From assembly GCF_006345805.1 (NCBI RefSeq), contig NC_043001.1, forward strand, positions 36,518,001-36,582,000: 64,000 nt of DNA, in the 5' to 3' direction. Shown one piece after another: positions 53,502 to 64,000 of this stretch. Position numbers and translations under genes: made by a program. Position 1 is the stretch's first letter. Every line of letters starts with the position of its first letter. The notes under the pieces are model-generated. The model did not search any database. It was given only the letters and a program-made list of their open reading frames with translations, and was not told the origin of the DNA. Source of the stretch: Octopus sinensis (taxonomy: Eukaryota).

Positions 53502-53814
53502 TGTGTGTGTGTGTTTGTGTGTGAGTGTATTATTAGTGTGTATCTGTATAAGTAATGCGTGTTTATTTTTAGGCCGTTAAATTTATGTAAGTAAATATTG
53601 TTATAAACAGACTTACATTTATATTTAATTAAACTTGTTTTACCGTTAATTAATTTACTCTGAGTATATATGTTTTCCCTTCAAACTGCAGTTACCTTTG
53701 AAATTTTGATATTTGGTTTAAGGTTTTTCTTTGATTTTACATGATTTTAAAACTTTCATGTACATCATCATTGTTCAGAAAAGACCGTTAGTTAAAGGAC
53801 CAATGAAAAGAAAC

Positions 53815-53965
53815 CTCTGAGTTCAAATTCCGCTGACGTTGACTTTGCCCTTTATTCGTTCGTGGTCGATAAAATAAGTGCTAGTTGAACACTGGGGACG
53901 ATATAATCGTCTTATCCACTCCCCTGAATTTGCTGGGCTTGAGCTAAAATTTGAAATCAATATTT
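53815..53965 (+). mobile_element. SINE family A, 5'-truncated
   Basis: CTGAGTTCAAATTCCGC, GTCGATAAAATAAGT core, AAATTTGAAATCAATAT tail. Confidence 0.8.
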
Positions 53966-54071
53966 TGGTCTACCAGTATAACACCAAACATGTATTTCTA
54001 TGTCAAACAACCACATTATTTTTCTTTAAATTCATTTAAAATGATCACGTATCTGAGCTGTAGCTCACTTT

Positions 54072-54137
54072 TGTATGGGTTGCTATGCGTTTGGAAATAT
54101 CTGTATGGGTTGCTATGCGTTTGGAAATATCTGTATG
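54072..54137. repeat. 30-bp tandem duplication
   Basis: TGTATGGGTTGCTATGCGTTTGGAAATATC x2.2. Confidence 0.95.
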
Positions 54138-55466
54138 TTGTTGAAATACGTACTATTTTGTCTGTTAGTGTTGAATCACATAGGAAGAAGATTGTGTTGG
54201 ATGTGTTGAAAAATATAGTATTTTATGAATTGACTTGTTGAAAGTCCTGAAACTCTTAATACCTTCGTTAAACTAAGCCCCAAAATGTGAAACAAAATAC
54301 TATCTAAATACAAACATTTGATTGATTGCTTCTGTAACACAGAGATGAATAGTCGGTCATTAATAGTGGTGGTTTTCTTGGATAATACTGCCTATCCATA
54401 TTGGCGGGAAGAGATACCTCTGGATTGCAAAGTTTATGTACATGCTGCGTGCTCAGTTTACAAACAGGTGATAAGCGAATTTGACCTTGATGGATTTTGA
54501 AACAGAAATTAAATACAAGTAACAAAAGGAATACAATGCATATAGTCTATCAGCTTTTACCAATCTACAGTAATTGTGGTTTTAAGAATATTATTAGTGT
54601 TAGTATTCTTTCCATATTCAAGCATTGCCAGCTATTGAGGCATCTGTCGGTTATTCAAGTAGCCTGCTTTACCGTTTTAGACTCACATTTATGATGTTGC
54701 AGATAGATTTGATAAAGGATGGAAACTAGTTCAGGTTTTATGATTAGTAAAAATTTGTTAGTTGATCACTCGATCTATCATCAATTCACTGAGCTTGATA
54801 TTCCATCCAGCGATTTTCCCCGACAGCGATTCGTGAAATGGTTATGGAAGAAGAGTCTTCAGGAACCTCTTCTGCAAGGTTCTATCAAAAGCAACCATCA
54901 TAAAAGCTCCCTGCTTGATTCCCCCAAAAGACCAACTGAGATAGTGGATATTATTCAATCATCTTGCTTATGGTGTACTCTTAAGTCTCCTGCCGGTTGT
55001 CTCGACCTGAAGTATCTGTCTTGGGACCCAAAGCCTGTCCGTTCGAGCAGTTGAAATAACAACCAAACCTCCTTCAAATATTATCCCAAAGTTATAAAAG
55101 CGGTCATATGTATTTGATAATGAAGTACGTGATACGCTTGAGAGATAAAAAATGGAATAGCAACTATGGTAATACATTTGACGATAGACATGTCCCACTG
55201 TTGCTGGTATACAGTTAGACAACAATAACAAACACAACAACCAACGCATACACGCAAAATAAAGTCCATAAATACCGGAAATACGGGTCTATGAAAATCC
55301 GAAATTGTGGATAGCCATAAAATTAACTACAACAACGGAATCATGCAGTTAAGCTTATATCAATATCACAGAAAATTTCAAGATAATATTGAAGCGAATA
55401 AGAGAATTAAAATTTTAGTACAAGCATCGGAATGGATTTCAGGTAGAAAAGTGTACGGAAAATATA

Positions 55467-55678
55467 TTCGGTTGGTGCATAATTATTGCGGCTGTTTTTT
55501 TTTCCATAAATTTTATTCAACAGAAATAATAACAACATTTAATAAAAACAGCTTTAAATGATTATTCCGGAGCATATTCACCATCTACTTCAATTTCTGC
55601 TTGGCGTTTTGATTAAATAGGCGTTTTGTTGAATAAAATTTATTTAAAAAAAGACGCAATAATTATGCACCAATCTAA
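55467..55678. mobile_element. mariner-derived MITE with Hsmar1/MADE1-like TIRs
   Basis: TA+TTCGGTTGGTGCATAATTATTGCG ... CGCAATAATTATGCACCAATCTAA+TA. Confidence 0.85.
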
Positions 55679-56056
55679 TACAAAGAGATTGACGGAATTG
55701 ATGAGATGTTGATAAAGAGGTTAAAATTTCTCGATATTACATCAAATAAATTTTGTGGTGCATCGGGGCAGAATATTGAATTTAACTTTAGTTGGCTATA
55801 TAATGGAACTGTAAAGTTATGATCTTGTAAATGGCTGATATTTCCCTAATATAAGAAACGAGAACGCTCTTTATTTGGTGAATATTAGATGAGGCTCCAT
55901 CAAGCTTTACTAATGATATTCTTTTAACATTTTATATGTATTAAAAATCATATAAATATGAAATACCAAAGTATGCCTACATAAAACAGAAAAACAGATA
56001 CATATCGATGTGAGTGTGTATATGTATATATATATACATGCATATAGATATAATAT

Positions 56057-56105
<49 letters not shown>

Positions 56106-56146
56106 CATATTATATATATATATATATATATACATGTATATATATA

Positions 56147-56205
<59 letters not shown>

Positions 56206-56292
56206 TTGAGAAAAAAGTCAGAATTTTGGAAAAAAATATTTTTATTTCTTCATTATTATTTGCGTTTTCGTTCCTTTCCGAACTTGTCAAAG

Positions 56293-56359
<67 letters not shown>

Positions 56360-56809
56360 TGTGTGTGTGTGTGTGTGGTGTGTGTGTGTATGAATAAACA
56401 AGCATAGAATATTCAAGAAACGAGTATTGTATCGATGAAACCCAACCCAGAATGCGTTTGGTTTCTCGTTGTTCAAACTGTACTCAGATGTACGAGGGGC
56501 TTGTCGGCACTGTAGCTAGCTATACGATGTATCATATTCCGTTCTCAGATGTTTGTTTAGCGTCAGAAAGTTTCACTTCAGTGGATCCGTAATAATACAC
56601 CAGTCTATAATCCTATTTATTTCCATATGTAACAGGTTCACTGGAACTTCACTTTGCCCATTAAACATGCATTTACAGGGAGAATGATTTCTTTTACGTA
56701 GACATGTGCGTTCGTATAAGTAAGGTCATACACACACGTGCGTGTGTGTGTGCGTGTGCGTGTGTGTGTGCGTGTGCGTGTGTGTGTATTTTATATTTTA
56801 TCTTTTACT

Positions 56810-57000
56810 TGTTTCAGTCACTGGACTACGACCATGAAGGGATACTACTTTTGATGGTTCTAGTCTAACTGTTTCTCTCCAGTACTTTCTGGTCTTATTC
56901 TCCTTAGTCTTTTTTTATGTACGTCTAAGTTACGGGACGGAGACAAAGTAACACCGGTTCTCGGTGGAAGTGGGGTACAAACACAAACACAAATACACAC
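56810..57000 (-). mobile_element. Degenerate SINE family B 3' half
   Basis: TTTTACTTGTTTCAGTCA tail, TAAGTTACGGGACG, CAAACACAAAC. Confidence 0.65.
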
Positions 57001-57181
57001 ACACATAGACATTCATACATATATATATAGAGAGAGTTATGGTATATTCGGTTAAGAACGCAGTAGAGTAGAGTATAAAGCTCGACCTCTTCAGATTTAT
57101 CCTGTGCTATCGAGGTTTGCCATTGGGCATGTCGTGTGTGAATAGATAAATGGAGAAATTGAAGTCAAGAAGAAGGGGTCA

Positions 57182-57479
57182 TTAATCACTATTGTTTCCA
57201 CGCAATGTAGTTCTCAGTGTGTGCGGATATTTGATTATGCAACTGTTTACCTGCATTATGAGATCTAGTTGTGTTTCCTCAGGTGATATGTAAATATTAT
57301 CAGGCCACGGTAGACAGATAGGATGTTCTTGAAGCCGAAGATTTTAAACTTACGGAGACAATATTTATATATCGCATGAGGAAACACAAGTAGATCTCAT
57401 AATGCAGGGAAGCAGTTACATAATCAAGTACCTGTACACCTCGAGAACTACATTGCGTGGAAACAATTGTAGTGATTAA
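57182..57479. repeat. Fold-back element, arms of about 120 bp
   Basis: TTGTTTCCACGCAATGTAGTTCTC..CCTGCATTATGAGATCTA and its reverse complement at about 57360-57479. Confidence 0.88.
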
Positions 57480-57665
57480 AACATAACTGTCCAACCATAC
57501 TCCTTGTTGATTCTGATTTTTTCCATTATCTATTCACACATAACAAATGCCCAAATGCAAACCTGGAAGTACATATAATACTACTACTAGATAGGACAGG
57601 GTAAATCTGAAGATGCAGGAGCTTTATACTGTACACTACTACGTTCTTAACATTATATACTATAA

Positions 57666-57700
<35 letters not shown>

Positions 57701-58585
57701 TCTATATCACATATATACATATATGTATAAAAATAGATCGTAAAAGCGTAAAAAAACGTACAGATGCAATACTTGCACACATCCTCAGTTTTGCAGTTTA
57801 AGGTTTCTGCATGTTTCGGCTCTTAAAGCAAACACTCTCTCATTCAGGCAAAATGACCAGCGTTGATCAAATCTGGGTATGTGTACATGTAGCACAATAC
57901 TGAACTCGCCAATAACCACTTTCCAGCGAGAGCTATCGTCATTTTGTCTCACAAGACTCAACATTATTCATCATGACTCTTCTTCTGCGAATTCCTGTAA
58001 TGCCTAAATCACATTGACTTTTCCCGGGGTAACCTCGACTACCAACTTACACTGGCAAACATCTTGCTGACTCCAATTTCTTCCATTTCATATATATGTG
58101 GTGTGTGTGTGTACATCTAGTCAATACTAAAAGTCTCTTGTATAAGGTTCCACGCATTGGGACTGAACCCGGAATCATGTAGTTGTCAGTGCCGCCTACA
58201 ACATCAGTTCGTGTTCGGACTGGTCTTGTACTGTTCCACCCCACCACACCCACCAACTGACAGTCCGGACTCTTACCTTCATCGGGAGTAAGATGTAATT
58301 TTCTCTCTCCATACTTCAGTCCCTCACGGGCAAACCTTTTAACCCCTTTTCATTTAAACCCTCCTCTACCTACATTTACACATACCACACAGTTCTTACC
58401 TTCATACTGCCCCCTCAACATCTATCTCAGACACAACTATTCTACACCGTCTAGCTTTAACCTAACACTACGTTTGCCGTCTACGTTCAAACATCATATA
58501 CGTATACATATAAACACAAAGACATACACACATTCCTTCTTCCTACTCCATACATACTAGCACCCATATTTCCATAGTCATCTTG

Positions 58586-58775
58586 ACACTAAGTCGATTA
58601 CATCGACCCTAGTGCTCAGATGATAGTTATTTTATCGACCTCGAAATAATGAAAGGCAAAGTCGACCGCGGAAGAATTTGAACTCATAATGTAAAAAAAA
58701 AAGGAGAAATGACGCCAAGCATTTCGGTTCAGTATATTGGTCTAGTGCTCTAACGATTCTGCCAGCTCGCCACCT
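58586..58775 (-). mobile_element. SINE family A copy
   Basis: AAGTCGATTACATCGACCC, GAAAGGCAAAGTCGACC, CTAACGATTCTGCCAGCTCGCC. Confidence 0.85.
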
Positions 58776-59142
58776 TATCATATTGGCACTATATTTGCAA
58801 GTGCATAATCACTCACCCATATTTCCCAACGCTTAATAATTTTGTCACTCTATTCCATCTCACACATCTATACAGTATGACGCACTTAACATCCTTCTAT
58901 AACACATGTTTACGTCAGCTACCCTTATTCACATACACCTGCCCATACACACGTTTACAAACGCACAATCATACGGCATAAACACACACATACACATACA
59001 TGCATTAACTTCATACAGACACATGTGCTTCCTCACACCCAAATGCAACGTTATTGCCTTTCTGCTTGCCACTTATGCCTCAAGCCAACTACTTCCTCTT
59101 CCAGTGATTTCATCACGTGGTGACCGTCTAATTGAGACAGGT

Positions 59143-59394
59143 TTGTTCATTTCTCTATTTTTTCTCTTCTCCTTTACCCTTTCCGTAGAAGAGAGAATGC
59201 TCGAAACGTTAAAGACTTCTAATTTTCCTGAGCGTAAGTCTAATAGACCTAGTTCGAGATTTTTTTTCTACTTCGACCTCGTATTCCGTTTTAATGTATG
59301 TGTTGCATGTTTGTGAATGTATATATATATATATATATATATAGCCTCTCCCATAGATATATATATATATATATTATATATTATATATAATATA

Positions 59395-59468
<74 letters not shown>

Positions 59469-59787
59469 TGGAGAGGCTATAATAAATAACTTCACGAGAA
59501 TTTGCGATAGCAATTGAAACCGTCTATTTAGAGAAAGAATTTTATCTTCGCATGTCAGATTTGTTGAATTTTGGCTTATAGTATCCCAGAAGAGAATACT
59601 AGTTCGCCACATCTGTGTTAGTCGTGTGGGTTACTAGACTGAAAAAAGATCCCCCCGATGCATATATACATATATATATATATAATATAATATATATATA
59701 TTATATATTATATATATATATATATATATATGCATACATATATATATACTATATATTATAAATTATTTAGTTATTTAAATTTATTTA

Positions 59788-59827
<40 letters not shown>

Positions 59828-60358
59828 TGCGTGTGTGTGATATAGATATTTACATACAAGCCAAGCGCGTTGGTGTTTGCACATCTACGAATGTTTATTC
59901 CGAATTGTATTCTCGTCTTCTAATATGTATACATTTCATGATATAAAGTTATATGCAAATAGTTCCATATCTATAAAAATCACGTATCGTATGAACGTTT
60001 CTCAAGCGCATTTTGTAACGCTAGCATAATATTCAATGTCTATAGTTACCAGGTCCATTTATATATATGTTCATATCTATATAGAAATGCATATATACAC
60101 AGTGATAATAAAATCTATAAAATATCAACCCTGAGCTAGTCGTTCTACTTTTGTTAAGGTCAGGGTGCTCTAGCAGTTCTCGTGTCAAAAGTTACACTTC
60201 TCTATCTTTATGTTTCTAATACTCCAATTTATCCGTATCCGAAAAAAAAATCACAAACTGGGTGTAATAGGATTACGCTCAGGAAATTAGAAATCTTTAA
60301 CGTTTCGAGCATTCTCTGTTCTACGGAAAGGAGAAGAGAAAAATAGAGAAATGAACAA
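59143..60358. repeat. Pair of inverted ~95-bp repeats carrying hammerhead-like motifs, about 1 kb apart
   Basis: 59143-59242(+) and 60268-60358(-); CTTT-CCGTAGA-A-GAG..CTC-GAAAC-GTT-AAAG. Confidence 0.85.
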
Positions 60359-60654
60359 TTATTCGAAGACAATTTTTAGAAAAAACATTTATTCGAAATA
60401 AATATTATTTTTGTACTTGATTTTTAATTTTATCATTTTTGTTTAAATAAAATATAAAATTTAGACAATACTGGGGATTTGAGAGAAATTTCGCTGCTGT
60501 TTCTAGCAGTCCAATCGACCTCAAAGAGCCTCCTTCATTTTGCACGTTAACCTTTTAGTTCTTTTATCGAGGACTAAAATCTTCTAGATTTCATTCCTAT
60601 AACGTTGTTTTACTTGTTTTAGTCTGATAAATTTCTATGGAACAACTTGACCCC

Positions 60655-61303
60655 AGTTTTTAAAAGTTTTTTTAAAGCCAGGTACTTATATTATCGGTCT
60701 CTTTTTGCCGAACCGCTAAGTTACGGAAACTTAAACACACCAACAGTGGTGGTGGGGATACATAGACACAAAGACACACATAAATATATACATGTGGTAA
60801 GAAGCTTTGCTTCCCAACCACATGGTCCTGAATTCATTCCCACTGCGAGGCACCCTGGGTAATTGTCTTCTATTATAACCCCGGGCCGACCAAACCTTTT
60901 GAGTGGATATGGTAGACGGAAACTGTGTGTATGTGTGTGTGTGTGTGTGTGTGTGTCTATGTCGGTATTTGTCACCCCACCATCGCTTGACAACCGATGT
61001 TGGTGTGTTTACATCCCCGAAACCTAGCGGTTCGGCAAAATACACTGATAGAATAAGTACTAGGCATACAAAAAATAAGTTCCGGAGTGGATTTGTTCGA
61101 CTAAAGGCGGTGCTTTCGTACGGCCACAGTCTGATTGAAACAAGTAAAAGAATAAAAGAATAAAGAATATGACGGGCTTCTTTCACATCCACTCACAATG
61201 ATTTGGTCGACTCGAGGTTATAGTAGAAGACACTTGCCCAAAGTGCCACGCAGTGGGACTGAACCTGGAACCATACGGTTGCGAAGCAAGCTTCTTACCA
61301 CAC
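60655..61303. mobile_element. Nested SINE family B copies, a plus copy (about 60791-61168) inside a minus copy
   Basis: Minus 3' half at 60655-60790 and minus 5' half at 61168-61303 flank a complete plus copy at the internal TA tract. Confidence 0.8.
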
Positions 61304-61637
61304 TCAGTATGCAACTGGTACTTAAATTATCGACCCCGAAAGAATGAAAGGCAAAGTCGACCTCGGTGGATTTGAACTCAGAACGTAAAGGCAGACGAAA
61401 TACCTATTTCTATTTCTTTATTACCCACAAGGGGCTAAACACAGAGAGGACAAACAAGGACAGACATAGGTATTAAGTCGATTACATCGACCCCAGTGCG
61501 TAACTGGTACTTAATTTATCGACCCCGAAAGGATGAAAGGCAAAGTCGACCTCGGTGGATTTGAACTCAGAACGTAAAGGCAGACGAAATACCGCTAAGC
61601 ATTTCGCCCGGCGTGTTAACATTTCTGCCAGTTCGCC
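61304..61637 (-). mobile_element. SINE family A tandem dimer (period 189 bp)
   Basis: ACGAAATACC at 61395 and 61584; one head; CTTCTTACCACAC at 61291-61303 and 61643-61655. Confidence 0.88.
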
Positions 61638-61687
61638 GCTTTCTTCTTACCACACATTCTTTTCTACTCCAAGCACAAGGCCCGAAA

Positions 61688-61732
<45 letters not shown>

Positions 61733-61883
61733 TTTTCTCTCTCTCTGTGTTTATCTATATAGGTGTGTGTATGTAGGTGTGTGTATGATATATATATATA
61801 TATATATACGTATATGTATTACCCCCACTCTATATATATATATTATATATATATATATATTATATATATATATATATATATCT

Positions 61884-62022
61884 TTAGTGCCCAGAAGGGG
61901 CTAAATATAGAGGGGACAAACAAGGACAGACGAAGGGATTGAGTCGATTATATCGCCCCAGTGCGAAACTGGTACTTTATTTATCGACCCCGAAAGAATG
62001 AAAGGCAAAGTTGACCCCGGCG
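61884..62022 (-). mobile_element. SINE family A 3' part
   Basis: AAGGGGCTAAA..GACAAACAAGGACAGAC tail and core. Confidence 0.85.
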
Positions 62023-62111
62023 GAAGGCAAATCAAAGCTAAAAGAATGACAGCGCAAGTCAAAACACAGTGAATGCATTAGGTTGACGCTCAGTTTGAGA
62101 TAGAAAAAGTC

Positions 62112-62190
62112 GGGGTGTGACGTTTCGAGAAATGCTCTTCACCAGAAAAAGGAAAGAGGAAAGGTCCAAAGAGAAGGAAGAGGAACAGTC
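62112..62190 (-). ncRNA. Decayed hammerhead-like motif, same repeat family as 32233
   Basis: Minus strand CTGGTGA-A-GAG-CATTT-CTC-GAAAC-GTC; shares GAAAAAGGAAAG..GGTCCAA..GAAGGAAG with about 32270-32300. Confidence 0.45.
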
Positions 62191-64000
62191 CGAGAAAAAC
62201 ATATTTGTGGTTCTCTTTCCTTAGGATATTAGAAAGAAAACGGTGGTGTCCCAGCATGATTTCAGGTCAAAAGCCGAAATAAGTTAAAGATTTAAAGACC
62301 TCATTATATTTACTGTCTGATGTTGTCATCACAGTTTGTCTATAGGGAGTGACAATCTGCAGACTTAATGGTATTCATAACTTCCATGGTTTTGAGATAA
62401 TGTACGTCCATATATTTCAGTAAAAAGATATAGTTTGGCAGCCAGTTTTTTTAGGAATCAAGCAAAGAAGTTGCGTGAGTCAATGACTTCTAGTAGCGAA
62501 AGTTCGTAAGACCTTCCGTGCGGTTATCAGATCTGTTAAAACTGGCAGCCAAATCACCAACAAAAATATGGGGGGCTTATGAGTAGAACGCTTTTAATTA
62601 TTGGCTCGTTCGATCAAGGTTAATCTGGTGTCAACAAAAAACTATTTTAGTGTTTCGATTTGCTAGAATTGTAACTGAATTCACACAAATCACAGTTTAT
62701 CGTTTTAGAAAAAAAGATACATTAGAAGAAATGGTCGTAAATATTCAAGCAAAAATTTCTGGACGATCATGGGCAGAACATCTTTGATTATAGGCTTTCA
62801 CAACTAGATCTGACTAAGATCTTCACAACAGGATCAGCTTTTTACGGTTTCATATTCCAAACTGTTTTAAATTCTTTCTTTCGTGGTGCACGTATATGAT
62901 ACTGAAATATTCTATTTAGATTAAGAATTCTTATATAAATGAATCAGTTTGTTACCTTTTATTTTACCGACAATTTTAAGAGTATCATTCATGTTACACA
63001 ATGAACTAACTCTACTGGTAATTTTTTTTTCTGACAAAATCGAAGAAATTGTTGATGTCATTATTGCCATTAACAGAAGTCTGGTTCCCATAACTTTCAA
63101 TTTCTCCTCTGCGTAAGAATCAGTTGCATTTTCAAGTGATAAATGTTTTACTTTCCCACGTTATAATTATGATATATCATCAATAGTTTTAAACATACCC
63201 TTCAGCCTTACCTTCCTTCCTCTCTACTTCTTCCTTCAATTTACCTGTTTTTATTTTCTCTCCTTTCTGCAGAACAATGGATACACACCAAACTTTCAGA
63301 CAGTTAACCAGTGTTATTTTTCTATATTCTCCAAGAAATTAATGAAAGAAAAATATTTACTTACTCAAGAGCAATAAACAAAAAATTACACCAATAAAGC
63401 TTGAAGCGTTTTAAATATATAAAAATACATTTAGATTTGAAGATTGGTGGTCAGTATATTGTGATGACTGGTTGGTTTGATGAATGAAAATAAGTTTCTT
63501 CGGTTGCGTGTAGCAGTAACTAGACAACACCTGGGAACATTTAATAAAAGATTTTTTTTATCGCACATGAAGACAAACTGCGTTGGACTATTACAGATAA
63601 CAACAGCATTAATTATTTACAAGAAGAGAGAGAGATACTACTTGGAGTTTACGGCAAGCTATTGATATGGTAACGCGCAGCTTGCCGAACATAACTGGAA
63701 ATGATTGTACTATATTCGTAGCGACAGAGGTCCCTGTCATCTATCTGCACCAAATGTCTTAGCAGACTTCTTGGATCGTCTCCCTGGTGAAAATGTGCGC
63801 CGAACGCTTTTTATAGGGGAACTATTCTAGAATATTGGAGAAAACATCTCCAGGCTTTCGTTTCATGCTGATTGATCGGTGTATAGACCGATCATGTGAA
63901 GATATACAGGATTGTTCGTGATGTCTGACTGCATAACCAGACTTTCATTTTCGAATCACCGCTACAGGTTTAAGATGAATTTGTAAAAGTCGACAGTATA

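Noticed and set aside
54690-55054. 111-aa ORF and a minus-strand AG..GTGAGT-bounded segment
   Set aside because: All three minus frames contain stops; the plus ORF has no domain and ends in a repeat fragment
63704-63920. Coding-like stretch near the window end
   Set aside because: Open for only about 42 codons; no consistent splice signals

Overview
AT-rich, repeat-saturated eukaryotic genomic DNA. Microsatellite load and SINE families suggest an octopod cephalopod, which is inferred, not verified. No complete protein-coding gene is recognisable, and most ORFs in the track are translations of (TA)n, (CA)n, (TACA)n and (TTA)n repeats. Supported content: two decayed copies of a 1.2-kb Tc1-like transposon (DD36E spacing in the copy that retains the region), a deleted maT/DD37D-like element, mariner remnants and MITEs, RTE-type and R4/Dong-type LINE fragments, at least four tRNA-derived SINE families, many fold-back repeats, and a 100-N gap. 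A few short minus-strand exon candidates are low confidence. The most interesting signal is a set of minimal type I hammerhead-ribozyme motifs. The best one (50495-50538) lies in a tRNA-headed element whose 3' part is duplicated in inverted orientation, suggesting a SINE-like RNA carrying a Penelope-type ribozyme tail.
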